Part shown: in pieces, positions 1-8,411 of the stretch | Numbering within the stretch: position 1 is the stretch's first letter | Layout of the letters: each line of letters opens with the position of its first letter | Virus record (IMG/VR): IMGVR_UViG_3300029946_000007 | Length of the DNA stretch: 35,941 bases | Source of the DNA: a virus | Strand: one strand, 5' to 3' | Position numbers and translations under genes: made by a program | Notes under the pieces: model-generated | Seen by the model: only the letters and a program-made list of their open reading frames with translations | What the model was told of the DNA's origin: nothing | Database searches by the model: none

Positions 1-99
1 ATCCGACACGGTTACTTTTTCAACAGTATTAAGCGCAAGCGTGATATCCACAAGAGCGACATTCGTCGGAATGACTTGGAACGAGCTTTGCGACGAACT
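1..99. repeat. 99-bp exact terminal direct repeat, copy 1 (identical to 35843-35941); circular-assembly overlap
   Basis: Bases 1-99 (atccgacacggttac...cgacgaact) read identically at 35843-35941. The tail-fibre reading frame continues through the junction. Confidence 0.95.
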
Positions 100-316
100 C
101 GGATTAAGCGCGTCGGGGCAAGATGATTATATCCCCGCAAAAGGCACTCGAAGAAGCACAGGCAATAACCAATACGACATTGCGATTACAGGATTTAACA
201 GGAATTATCTATTTAACGCAAGATATACAAGCGCGACAGATTTTACGAGCATAGGAGCTGATTCAATTTATATAATGAGCGGGTTAACCATTACCGACAG
301 CGTAAAGGAGATATAA
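1..316 (+). CDS. Tail fibre protein, 3' part (continuation of 34200-35941 across the circular junction); stop at 314-316
   Basis: Frame continuity with 34200. The track ORF 41-316 is the internal tail of this gene. Confidence 0.8.
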   Translation, partial: SDTVTFSTVLSASVISTRATFVGMTWNELCDELGLSASGQDDYIPAKGTRRSTGNNQYDIAITGFNRNYLFNARYTSATDFTSIGADSIYIMSGLTITDSVKEI

Positions 317-317
317 C

Positions 318-1985
318 ATGTCAATTTTAAAATACAAAGACCCGAAAACGGGCGAATTTAAACGCATAAATCCTTACGGGAATATCGGCGAGGCGGTCGA
401 AATTGCCGAAATAAGCGGCGAAACAGCTTTATCCGACGATATTATTACAGAGCTTCAGAACGACCTGAACTGGATATCCTACGGCGGCGGAGCTTATCGC
501 TTCGTTTCTGCCGAGGACGACAAAAGGCTTTACTCGTACACAACCGAAGATAAGATAAGTAAGATTCTTGTCAACACGTTAACAAAGACATGCGCGCTTC
601 GCGAAACGCAGATAACATCCGCTTCGGTGGCGGATTCAATTGTTAAACGCGACAGTTACGGCGAAATTCCCGTTTCAACGCCCTCACGCGATTCAAGCGC
701 GGCAAATAAGGCTTACGTTGATGAAGCTGACAAACTTTTGCGTTTAAAGCTCTCAAACCTCGAGCAAGCCCTCAACGGTTATATTCTTGACACTACCAAA
801 GAAGCCTATGCCGACCTTGACAGCGCGGTATTAAAAGACAGCGTAACGGTAGGCGATAACGTATACCCGATAGCCGATAAAACGCGCGCGTTAGTCACCA
901 AAATTGAGGGGAAAACGGCTAAAATGGTGCAGTTGCTTAACAAAAGCACATACTACGGCACGAAGACAAATTTTGGAATTACAGCAACAAATAACGGTGA
1001 CGGAAGTTGGACGATAAACGGCACGGCAACTGCAGAGGCGTTTATAAACTTTTCATCAGCGTTATCACTTGATGACGGGCATAAAGTTCTTCTGGCAGGG
1101 AATAAAACTAACAGTGGATTCTCACTCGGATTACTTAACCAACATATTGAAGACACTGGCAACGGTGCTATAGGTAATATAAAAGCGGATTTTGCAAGAA
1201 CATGGGGAATCTCATGGAGAAGTGGAGCGGTAATAAATAACGTAACTATTTATCCTCAACTCTTCGACCTTACCGCAATGAATCGCGAAGACATAACCAC
1301 CGTCGAGCAGTTTAAAGCGGAATTCCCCGACCTTTATCCGTATGAAAACGGGAATATCTATCCTGCGAAAATTAGCGGTGTGAAGTTTTACGAGAAGCAA
1401 GACAAAAGCGGCGAACAGGTTTCCGTCACGCTTCCCGAAACTTACGACTTGCACGGCATAGGCAATTACAAGGATTACCTTGAGATTACGAAAAACGAGG
1501 ATAACGAGCTTTACACGCTTAAAAAAATACAAAATATCGGAAGTGTAGATTTAGGAACGTTAGAATGGAAATACGCTAACAATCAATTTTATACGACAAA
1601 ATTACGATCTATCCATGCATATTTATCTCAGGAAGTCGCAGAAATTCTTTGTTCAAAATACACAACAAGTACAAAGAACGCAATATCAAACGGCTGTATA
1701 TCTGCTCATGAATCGGATCAGAAATATATAACTATAATGGACGAAGACTATACCGATACGACAGCGTTTAAAGAGGCATTAAGCGGGATTGTGCTTTATT
1801 ACGCTCTTGCGACGCCTGTCGAGACAGTTATCGCAACAAACCTCACTTACGAGCAAGTGACGGCTATCAGGCATAACGGCGGTCTTATCGAGGTTGAGGA
1901 CAACACAAACAAGGGATATTCAAGACCGATGATAAAAAATACGATTGTTTACAGATTAACGGCTACAAACACGGCGGAGGGCTAA
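318..1985 (+). CDS. Second tail fibre / receptor-binding protein (555 aa)
   Basis: AAGGAG SD. It directly follows the first fibre gene. It carries a fibre-type motif (SSAANKAYVDEA) and a coiled-coil segment followed by a beta-rich C-terminus. Confidence 0.6.
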   Translation: MSILKYKDPKTGEFKRINPYGNIGEAVEIAEISGETALSDDIITELQNDLNWISYGGGAYRFVSAEDDKRLYSYTTEDKISKILVNTLTKTCALRETQITSASVADSIVKRDSYGEIPVSTPSRDSSAANKAYVDEADKLLRLKLSNLEQALNGYILDTTKEAYADLDSAVLKDSVTVGDNVYPIADKTRALVTKIEGKTAKMVQLLNKSTYYGTKTNFGITATNNGDGSWTINGTATAEAFINFSSALSLDDGHKVLLAGNKTNSGFSLGLLNQHIEDTGNGAIGNIKADFARTWGISWRSGAVINNVTIYPQLFDLTAMNREDITTVEQFKAEFPDLYPYENGNIYPAKISGVKFYEKQDKSGEQVSVTLPETYDLHGIGNYKDYLEITKNEDNELYTLKKIQNIGSVDLGTLEWKYANNQFYTTKLRSIHAYLSQEVAEILCSKYTTSTKNAISNGCISAHESDQKYITIMDEDYTDTTAFKEALSGIVLYYALATPVETVIATNLTYEQVTAIRHNGGLIEVEDNTNKGYSRPMIKNTIVYRLTATNTAEG

Positions 1986-1986
1986 T

Positions 1987-2238
1987 ATGGATAGGATTTT
2001 AAACGATTTAATTAAAGATAACGAAAACGTTAAAGAAGACATGTATAACGCACGAGTAAACGCGCTTATACGGCAAAAGTATTCGCAAGATAAAGTTGAA
2101 GCGATTATCGCAAACTATTTAAGCTATTTATCGGGAGAATCGGCAAATCAAAATTACAAAACGGAATACTTCGAATTCCAGGAATACAGGCAGAAGTGCA
2201 AGGAGACGGCAAAAAATGAAACAAACGATAACGCTTGA
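1987..2238 (+). CDS. Small fibre-associated protein (83 aa), possible fibre assembly helper
   Basis: GGAGGG SD. It lies immediately after the fibre genes. The pattern KYSQDKVEAII...EYRQKCKETAK recalls small proteins that follow fibre genes in Firmicutes phages (from memory). Confidence 0.4.
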   Translation: MDRILNDLIKDNENVKEDMYNARVNALIRQKYSQDKVEAIIANYLSYLSGESANQNYKTEYFEFQEYRQKCKETAKNETNDNA

Positions 2239-2641
2239 TTCCATGACGTTCGTCGGCGTGGATAACATGCCTTTTGACGTTAATCAAAACGAGCCGTTAG
2301 AGCTTGAAGTTAAAAGCTCATACGATTTTGAAAGAATGTACTTTTATTTCAAAAATAACGGCGTAGAATCGGTTGTACGCGGTAAAAAAGGCGCGGACGG
2401 CTCACAGATTATAGAAGTGCCGAAAGAGCTTTTAAAGGCGGGAAAAATCGACCTTACCGTGTGCCTGCGCGACGGTATGAAGCTTTTGAAAAAGTGGGTC
2501 ATTTCGCCGCTTTTAATATCCGAGTACGACGAGGATTTAATCGTTTCGGATTACTTAAAAACAATCGAAGACAAAATAACAAAACTTGAAGCAAGAGTTA
2601 AAGCTCTTGAAGAGAAAAACGATAATTTATTAAAACTTTAA
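2216..2641 (+). CDS. Hypothetical structural or accessory protein (141 aa) with a C-terminal coiled coil
   Basis: AAGGAGA SD 9 nt before the ATG. Overlaps the upstream gene by 23 nt. Confidence 0.5.
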   Translation: MKQTITLDSMTFVGVDNMPFDVNQNEPLELEVKSSYDFERMYFYFKNNGVESVVRGKKGADGSQIIEVPKELLKAGKIDLTVCLRDGMKLLKKWVISPLLISEYDEDLIVSDYLKTIEDKITKLEARVKALEEKNDNLLKL

Positions 2642-2653
2642 AGGAGACAAATC

Positions 2654-3427
2654 ATGAAAAGAATTATGTTAATTTTGCTTGCAATCGCCCTCGTTTTCGC
2701 TGTGCCGTTCGGCATGGCGACTGCCCACGCCGAAGAAAGCGGGGGCGGAACAGAGGCACAGTCGGAACAGGAAAGCGTTATCGAATCGGAATCGGCGGAA
2801 GAATCCGAACAAGGTTCTGAAACGATAACACTAACAAAAGACGAGCTTAAACAGCTTATCGATGAAGCGTTAACGGAAAATCAGAAAAATATTATCTCGA
2901 TGTTATCCGAAAAAATATCGGGCTTAACGGGGCTTGATTTTACGTCGATATATTTAATAATAGCCGCTTGCGCCGTTGTTTTGCTTGGAATTATAATATT
3001 TATCGTTAAATACGTGCGTACAAAGACGCGTTTAAAAGCTACACAAGGAGCTTATGACCTTGAAAAGAAGGTAGCTGATAGCAATTCAAAACTTTTAGAA
3101 ACACTTTCCAACGACGGTATTGCAAAGATTGTGCTTGAAGCTATGAAAGAGGGCGGAGACGACCTCGTTATAAAGCTTGCAACGGCTTTAAAGCTTGACG
3201 AAACGACTATATCAAAACTTATAACGGCGCAGGAAATGGCGGAAGAGCGTGAAAAGAAAATCATGCTTGCGCTTAAAGCTATCGCAAAAGACGCGGGAAG
3301 AACGGAAGTTGTCAACACTCTTTCGGAAGTCCCCGAAAAGTCCTTTGTTGAGAAAATGACGCTTGAAAACGAAAAGCTTAAGCTTGCGCTCGGCGAGAAA
3401 AAAGTCGATGAGATTCTTTCTAAATGA
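2654..3427 (+). CDS. Secreted, membrane-anchored protein (257 aa): signal peptide, acidic Ser/Glu-rich segment, one TM helix, helical C-terminal domain
   Basis: AAGGAGA SD. N-terminal MKRIMLILLAIALVFAVPFGMATAHA is signal-peptide-like. Internal TM segment IYLIIAACAVVLLGIIIFIV. Confidence 0.6.
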   Translation: MKRIMLILLAIALVFAVPFGMATAHAEESGGGTEAQSEQESVIESESAEESEQGSETITLTKDELKQLIDEALTENQKNIISMLSEKISGLTGLDFTSIYLIIAACAVVLLGIIIFIVKYVRTKTRLKATQGAYDLEKKVADSNSKLLETLSNDGIAKIVLEAMKEGGDDLVIKLATALKLDETTISKLITAQEMAEEREKKIMLALKAIAKDAGRTEVVNTLSEVPEKSFVEKMTLENEKLKLALGEKKVDEILSK

Positions 3428-3435
3428 GGTGAAAG

Positions 3436-3900
3436 ATGAAAAGAAAATTAACTAATCAAGGTAAGGCGGCAGTATATGCCGCCGTTGCTTTGCTTTTATA
3501 TATCGTGCCGTTTATCATCGTCATGATTTATCATCGCGAAAAGATATTTAAAAGCCCAAAAGCGGCTTTATCGCTCTTTTCGATAACGGCGTTGTGCTTC
3601 GTCCTTTTCTTCCTTAAAAACCTTGTAAAAACGCTTTGCAAAATTTTAACGCCGATAGGATTCGGAAGCATGATAGCCTTGCTTGTCTCACTCGCTTTAA
3701 CGTCGTATTTGACCGATTTAACGCTTATTGCGACGGCAAGCGTTATCGGAAGCGTGCTTGCCTGGTATCCGTATCAGCTCGCCGCGACGTATTCACGCCA
3801 CAGCAAAGACGAGAACGGCGACGTTATCAAGGCGGCGGGAATGGACTTTAAAACGGCAAACGATAAGCTCTTCCAGATAAGCATAAGCGTAAAGGAGTAA
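3436..3900 (+). CDS. Polytopic membrane protein (154 aa, about 4 TM); holin-like by position only
   Basis: GAGGTGA SD. Four hydrophobic segments. Located at the distal end of the late operon. Confidence 0.45.
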   Translation: MKRKLTNQGKAAVYAAVALLLYIVPFIIVMIYHREKIFKSPKAALSLFSITALCFVLFFLKNLVKTLCKILTPIGFGSMIALLVSLALTSYLTDLTLIATASVIGSVLAWYPYQLAATYSRHSKDENGDVIKAAGMDFKTANDKLFQISISVKE

Positions 3901-3903
3901 TTT

Positions 3904-4812
3904 ATGACAGATTTTTTTTCGGCAAACGAAACCGCAAAGGACGTTAAAGAATCTAAAATCATGACGGCGGAAACGGCAAAAAAGAAAGCCGCAACCACGG
4001 CGGCGGGTTGGTTCGTCCGAAACTCAAACAACATCTTTACCGTTCTGCTTCTTCTTTCCGCAACGGTTATCGTTTTCGTCGCTTCCGTCGCGTTTGACAA
4101 TCCGTTTACGCGGCGAGAAATTACGGCGGCGATAGTCATGCTTGCCGCTTGCTCGTATCTGCTGTTTTTAAACGGCTACCGTTCAGGCGAAACGGAATAC
4201 CTTAAAACGAAAGACTTTATCGAGACGGAAGCAATGCAGAACGCCTTAATATCCGAAGTAAAAGATAAAAAGCTTTTATATCTGCTTACGGACTTTTGCG
4301 AGGACTATATCCGCGAAGAGTTAAAAGCAAAACGAAACGAGATTCTTTTGCCTGAAAACGTAAGCGATGAAGACTTTAACAAGTACATTGCAGGAGAGGA
4401 GACGAAACTTAACGAAAGTCAATTAAAAGCCTGTGAGACGGCACGAAAAATAAAGCCGATACGTTTAACGCGCGAGATGATATTGAAGTGTTCGGAGACG
4501 AACAGCCGCTCGCCGCTTAATTCTGAAACGAAAATAAAAGTGATGATAGGCACGCGCTTTTTATCAAAGCTTATATCGGTTTGCATTGCGTCCGTTTTCG
4601 CCTTTTCTTTGAGCTATCGAATAATAACTCAATTCTCGCTCGCAACAGTCTTGCAAGGCGTTGTGTGCGTCCTCTTTATGCTGTTCGGACTTGTAAGCGG
4701 AATATCTTTCGGATTCAAAATACAAGGCAAATATACGGCAATTAAAGCCGAAAAAAACACGCTCTTGAAACAGTTTTTAGAATGGAGCGAAAAGAAAACA
4801 ACAATTGAATAA
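3904..4812 (+). CDS. Membrane protein (302 aa) with N- and C-terminal TM hairpins flanking a soluble domain
   Basis: AAAGGAG SD. Hydrophobic segments near residues 40-100 and 215-275. Confidence 0.5.
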   Translation: MTDFFSANETAKDVKESKIMTAETAKKKAATTAAGWFVRNSNNIFTVLLLLSATVIVFVASVAFDNPFTRREITAAIVMLAACSYLLFLNGYRSGETEYLKTKDFIETEAMQNALISEVKDKKLLYLLTDFCEDYIREELKAKRNEILLPENVSDEDFNKYIAGEETKLNESQLKACETARKIKPIRLTREMILKCSETNSRSPLNSETKIKVMIGTRFLSKLISVCIASVFAFSLSYRIITQFSLATVLQGVVCVLFMLFGLVSGISFGFKIQGKYTAIKAEKNTLLKQFLEWSEKKTTIE

Positions 4813-4821
4813 AGGTGAATC

Positions 4822-5028
4822 ATGGAAAATTTTGACGTCGATACTTGTACGACGGAAGAACTGTTCAAACGCTGTCAGACGTTGCGTTTTTCTGCCCAAA
4901 ACGTCAGTTTAGCCGTCAATTTTTTTATACTGAAGACACCGCATAAAAGCCTTGCGGATAAATTCTGCATTGACGAAAAATCCGTCACTATGAGAAAGTG
5001 GCGGATGAAAAAAATATTAAATACATAA
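4822..5028 (+). CDS. Small sigma-70 region-4-like HTH protein (68 aa)
   Basis: AAAGGTGA SD. The C-terminal SLADKFCIDEKSVTMRKWRMKKIL resembles a region-4/LuxR-type HTH. Confidence 0.4.
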   Translation: MENFDVDTCTTEELFKRCQTLRFSAQNVSLAVNFFILKTPHKSLADKFCIDEKSVTMRKWRMKKILNT

Positions 5029-5030
5029 AA

Positions 5031-5072
5031 AGAGCCTGTGCGAGTAGCTACTTCGCGCAGGCTCTTTTTTTT
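5031..5072 (+). terminator. Rho-independent terminator ending the late/tail operon
   Basis: 13-bp stem agagcctgtgcga/tcgcgcaggctct (one G-U pair), 9-nt loop, followed by a T8 run. Confidence 0.85.
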
Positions 5073-5204
5073 ATCCTAACTTAATCAGGAATGAAAGACA
5101 AATATATTATTTCACATATTTCAAAAAAAATCAAACGATTTTATCAATTTTTTAAAAATTTTTTTTGTAGAGCTTTTGTATACCTTTCGTATATGCTTTG
5201 TAGG

Positions 5205-5233
5205 TTCAAATCAGAGCCGTAAAGCCGTATAAT
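5205..5233 (+). promoter_or_regulatory. Sigma-A-type promoter of the accessory cassette (TTCAAA-17 nt-TATAAT)
   Basis: -35 TTCAAA at 5205-5210, 17-nt spacer, -10 TATAAT at 5228-5233, about 30 nt upstream of the SD and ATG at 5262. Confidence 0.5.
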
Positions 5234-5261
5234 TCCCTCAGAAAGAAAAGAGGTGATAAAT

Positions 5262-5603
5262 ATGTACGAAAACCCTTATTTCAACCCTTACGGCGGCATG
5301 CCGAGGCAATATCCACCCCAACAGCCTGCACAGCCGCAGACAAACATTATCTTCGTAAACGGCTTGGAAGACGTTAAAAGCCGTCTGCAACCTTGCCGTT
5401 CGCAAATGCTTTATAGCGACAACGACAAGAATCTTGTCTATTTAAAAGCGGTGGACGACACAGGGCATTTTACTGTCCAGGTCTTTGACCTTGTGGAGCA
5501 TAAAGAGGAGCAAGCCCCCGAGGTAAGCTACCTTACCCGAGCAGAGTTCGAAGAGTTTAAAAAGAGCTTAACGGCAAAAACGGAAGAGGGGGCGAACGTA
5601 TGA
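5262..5603 (+). CDS. Hypothetical protein (113 aa from the ATG at 5262) with a Pro/Gln/Tyr-rich N-terminus
   Basis: AAGAGGTGA SD 5 nt before the ATG at 5262. The track start at 5253 is a GTG lying inside the SD. The stop overlaps the next start (ATGA). Confidence 0.55.
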   Translation: MYENPYFNPYGGMPRQYPPQQPAQPQTNIIFVNGLEDVKSRLQPCRSQMLYSDNDKNLVYLKAVDDTGHFTVQVFDLVEHKEEQAPEVSYLTRAEFEEFKKSLTAKTEEGANV

Positions 5604-5872
5604 ATTTTTTAAAGCAAAGCATGGGCGGGGCAGTCAGACAAGGCGGAGCATTGCCGCCTCAGCTTATGGGCGCGATACAAGATATAAAGCGCATGCAAGC
5701 CGTGTGCGGCGGAAACATGCAAGCCATGATAAATCAAGTCGCGGCTCAACGCCCCGAAATCGGGCAAGCCTTAAAGGCGGCTCAGAACGGCAATGCTCGG
5801 CAAATAGTCGAGCAGTTATGCCAAAAGCAGGGCATAGACGTAAACGCCTTTATGCAGGCGTTACAAGCTTAA
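5600..5872 (+). CDS. Hypothetical small Gln/Ala-rich protein (90 aa)
   Basis: GAGGGGG SD. Translationally coupled to the upstream gene. Confidence 0.5.
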   Translation: MNFLKQSMGGAVRQGGALPPQLMGAIQDIKRMQAVCGGNMQAMINQVAAQRPEIGQALKAAQNGNARQIVEQLCQKQGIDVNAFMQALQA

Positions 5873-5932
5873 TATTAACGTTCGACGCGCGGCGAGCGAT
5901 AATATAAATTAAATTTTCAAGGAGAAACAATT

Positions 5933-6535
5933 ATGGAAGGAACAGGCATTACTCCGGTAATGGATATGAATCGCGGCTACGGCTACGGTGACGGTTGTGG
6001 ATTCGGCGGAAGCGGCTTATGGCTTTTCGCTATTCTCGCGCTCATGTGGGGCGGCGGCGGGCTTTTCGGAAACCGCTACGCACAGGACGGCAGAGCGGCT
6101 ACGGTTGAGGACTTAAATAACTCGGCGAACTTCACAAGACTTGAAAGCCAGGTTATGAATAACGGAAACAGAATCGAGCAGAAAGCGGACGCTGTTTACG
6201 GCGGAATCAGCAATCTCGGCTACGAGATGGCTCAGCAGTTCAGCGGTACGAGGGCGCAAATGGCGACATGTTGTTGCGAAACTCAAAGAGCGATTGACGG
6301 CGTAAATTATGCAAGCGCAATCAACACGGCGGCTTTAAAAGAAGCAGGCACGGCGAATACGCAGAAAATCCTCGACGCTATTTCGCAAAACAAAATTGAA
6401 GCTTTGCAGGCAAAAATTAGCCAGCTCGAACTTCAGCAGGCTGTCGCGGGCGTTGTAAGATATCCTACTCAGTACGCTTATAACGCCGGGCAGTCCCCGT
6501 TTTGCGGCGGCGCGTGCGGTTGCGGCGTAGCTTAA
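5933..6535 (+). CDS. Gly/Cys-rich membrane protein (200 aa): G-rich N-terminal TM segment, coiled coil, CCC and C-terminal CGGACGCG motifs
   Basis: AAGGAGA SD. The N-terminus GYGYGDGCGFGGSGLWLFAILALMWGGGGLFGN resembles YjcZ-type small sporulation proteins (from memory). Confidence 0.5.
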   Translation: MEGTGITPVMDMNRGYGYGDGCGFGGSGLWLFAILALMWGGGGLFGNRYAQDGRAATVEDLNNSANFTRLESQVMNNGNRIEQKADAVYGGISNLGYEMAQQFSGTRAQMATCCCETQRAIDGVNYASAINTAALKEAGTANTQKILDAISQNKIEALQAKISQLELQQAVAGVVRYPTQYAYNAGQSPFCGGACGCGVA

Positions 6536-6562
6536 AATCAAATTTCGCTTTAACAGCGCATT

Positions 6563-6602
6563 CCCCCTTGTCGAACAAGCTTTGCGCGGCAAGGGGGTTT
6601 TT
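6563..6602 (+). terminator. Internal (probably partial) intrinsic terminator or attenuator inside the cassette
   Basis: CCCCCTTG (6563-6570) pairs with CAAGGGGG (6590-6597), followed by T5. A competing inner hairpin CTTGT/ACAAG shares bases with the 5' arm. Confidence 0.5.
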
Positions 6603-6627
6603 AAATAAAAATCAAGGAGAAAATATT

Positions 6628-7065
6628 ATGACTTGCTTAAAAAATGCACATTATAAATCGTCCGCTCAGACGTATAACGGCACAGCGCAGGCATTAACGG
6701 CGGTTGCTTCGCCGCTTATTCTCGGCGCGGTTATTACCGATACGGGCATATCTTTAACGCCAAGCGCGACGGGTATAACCGTTAATAAAAGCGGCTTATA
6801 CCGTATTTCGGCAGACATAACGGTAACGTCTACGGCGGCGGGAATTATCAATCTTCAAGCGTATATCAACGGCACGGCACGCCCCGAAACACTTAGAGCG
6901 GTTACTGTTCCCGCGGCGGGAAATACCGTCGTACACCTTGAGACGGTAGCGTACATCTCCGCTTGTTGCGCGATGAATCCGATAATAACGATCGTCGGCA
7001 ATGCAGAAGGCGCGGCGGCTGGTAGCGTTTCGCTCATCGCTGTAAACGTCATAAAAGAGGCGTAA
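6628..7065 (+). CDS. BclA C-terminal-domain / C1q-TNF-like protein (145 aa), with no collagen repeats
   Basis: AAGGAGA SD and ATG at 6628; the track start at 6502 runs through the terminator. The pattern SGLYRISADITVTS...INLQAYINGT...SVSLIAVNVIKEA parallels the Bacillus BclA C-terminal domain (from memory). Confidence 0.55.
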   Translation: MTCLKNAHYKSSAQTYNGTAQALTAVASPLILGAVITDTGISLTPSATGITVNKSGLYRISADITVTSTAAGIINLQAYINGTARPETLRAVTVPAAGNTVVHLETVAYISACCAMNPIITIVGNAEGAAAGSVSLIAVNVIKEA

Positions 7066-7078
7066 AGGAGCGTGACGA

Positions 7079-7525
7079 ATGCACCACGAACTTATACACG
7101 ATATCATCAAACACGGCTCTGAAAGTCAAATGGAAGATCTTAAAGACGTTTTAATCGATTTAATCGACGACGTTAAAAAAGACGATAAACAGGAGTATAA
7201 AGCTATCGAGATAAGGCTTTATCATATCCTTTACGGCGATAAGCTTTGCGAGAAGTATGCGGAGGAGTGGGTTAAGAAGCTTGAGCGCAACGACGGCGGC
7301 ATAGGCGAGAAGTGGAATGTCGAACAAACGGAATCCGTTCGGCAGAACTACGCTCCGCAAGCCGACAAGTGGGAGTGGTACGCGGTTTTAAATTCGATTT
7401 ATTCCGATTATTACCACGAAAAATTCGATAATACAATATATTATCAGCTTGCGAAAGACTTCATCACCGACAAGGACGCTGTGCGCGATAAAGTACTCGC
7501 GTATTATATGTATATCGTCGGATAA
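7079..7525 (+). CDS. Hypothetical protein (148 aa), last gene of the cassette
   Basis: AAAGGAG SD, followed directly by a strong terminator. Confidence 0.5.
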   Translation: MHHELIHDIIKHGSESQMEDLKDVLIDLIDDVKKDDKQEYKAIEIRLYHILYGDKLCEKYAEEWVKKLERNDGGIGEKWNVEQTESVRQNYAPQADKWEWYAVLNSIYSDYYHEKFDNTIYYQLAKDFITDKDAVRDKVLAYYMYIVG

Positions 7526-7565
7526 AGAAAAAGCTACCGAGGTTTTCTCGGTAGCTGTCTTTTTT
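7526..7565. terminator. Bidirectional rho-independent terminator between convergent genes
   Basis: 10-bp perfect stem agctaccgag/ctcggtagct with a 5-nt loop. T-run downstream, A-run upstream. Confidence 0.85.
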
Positions 7566-7998
7566 AGTCGCGATAAGGTCTTTCTAACTTATCAACAACC
7601 GCGTAGGCGGTTATGTCGTTCGGCAGAATTTTCCCCGAAAGCCAATTTTCTAAAGTCCTTTGCGGAACTTTAAGATATTTTGCAAATTTAGGAACGGTTA
7701 AATTGTACTTGTTACGATAAGCGTTTAACATATCGTCAAAATCGAAATAAATCGGATCGTAACCGAAATGAAAATCGTTCGCCGCTTCTTCGTTATAATC
7801 GTCGCTGTCGTAATCGTCAAACGTCTTATAATTAACGTCGTTTGGAATCTCGTTTGAGCGAAGCTCATAATGAAAACGCGAATCTTTGCAGCTGTCTTTG
7901 GCATTTCGAGCGTACTCGATTGCTTCTTTTTTATCAAGGGTTCTAAGCTCTTCCCATTCATCATCGCCGCTTACAGAATATACGGTATATAATTTCAT
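7564..7998 (-). CDS. Two-domain protein (144 aa): N-terminal domain, acidic linker, C-terminal XRE/MqsA-like HTH
   Basis: AAAGGAGA SD. The C-terminal VPKFAKYLKVPQRTLENWLSGKILPNDITAYAVVDKL is HTH-like. Confidence 0.5.
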   Translation of the reverse strand: MKLYTVYSVSGDDEWEELRTLDKKEAIEYARNAKDSCKDSRFHYELRSNEIPNDVNYKTFDDYDSDDYNEEAANDFHFGYDPIYFDFDDMLNAYRNKYNLTVPKFAKYLKVPQRTLENWLSGKILPNDITAYAVVDKLERPYRD

Positions 7999-8044
7999 AA
8001 TAAATCTCCTTTGCGGGGATTAGCCGCCCCGCTCGGCTTATTTT

Positions 8045-8371
8045 TTAAGCGACAAATAAATTTCTGTCGCAGCTCTTTTTCATTTTTGCGCCGAAGCTTT
8101 CGTACCACTTGTTTTCTTTTTCGTTTATAAGCTCTTGAGCTTCATCGATTTTGTTTGAAAAAACATTATCAAGGATTTTCAAAACTTCAGATTCTCTTTC
8201 TTCAACAAGACGATTTGAATCTGTGCCGTAATAATCGGCAAGGTCATACAAAAAGCTCATAAACCACTTTTCAACCTTTAATTCGCCGCTTTTTGCTTTA
8301 TAATAAATAACGCCGATTTGTTTTTTTGTAAATTCTGTAGCTTTATTAAACCCGTATTCTTTCATTTTCAT
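8045..8371 (-). CDS. Hypothetical protein (106-108 aa), first gene of the att-adjacent module
   Basis: AAGGAGAA SD. The second ATG (8365) has better SD spacing than the first (8371). Sits downstream of a consensus promoter. Confidence 0.5.
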   Translation of the reverse strand: MKMKEYGFNKATEFTKKQIGVIYYKAKSGELKVEKWFMSFLYDLADYYGTDSNRLVEERESEVLKILDNVFSNKIDEAQELINEKENKWYESFGAKMKKSCDRNLFVA

Positions 8372-8411
8372 TTCTCCTTTGGGGTTTCCCCCTCGCTCAT
8401 CTTGTACCTAT

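Noticed and set aside
1-99. A biological direct terminal repeat (T7-like DTR) as the explanation for the 99-bp end identity.
   Set aside because: The repeat lies in the middle of a tail-fibre coding sequence with the frame preserved. This is typical of an assembler's circular overlap, and the terS/terL type suggests headful or cos packaging elsewhere.
953-1532. Minus-strand ORFs (953-1162, 1212-1532) inside the 555-aa fibre gene. Similar antisense or alternate-frame ORFs occur inside other long genes, for example 3052-3318, 3774-4139, 22954-23391, 23910-24185, 25438-25758, 28362-28703, 29176-29484, 30079-30322, 31000-31266 and 34312-34781.
   Set aside because: They lack SD sequences and lie wholly inside well-supported genes on the other strand or frame. 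Their composition is odd (Ser/Arg/Leu-rich), as expected of shadow ORFs.
6502-6627. N-terminal extension of the BclA-like ORF (track start 6502).
   Set aside because: The extension overlaps the end of the previous gene, runs through the 6563-6602 terminator hairpin and has no SD. The ATG at 6628 has a perfect AAGGAGA SD.
7079-7100. An HExxH zinc-protease motif (HELIH) at residues 3-7 of the 148-aa protein, considered as a possible hidden lysin or protease.
   Set aside because: The motif is at the extreme N-terminus with no surrounding protease-like context. A five-residue pattern is expected by chance.
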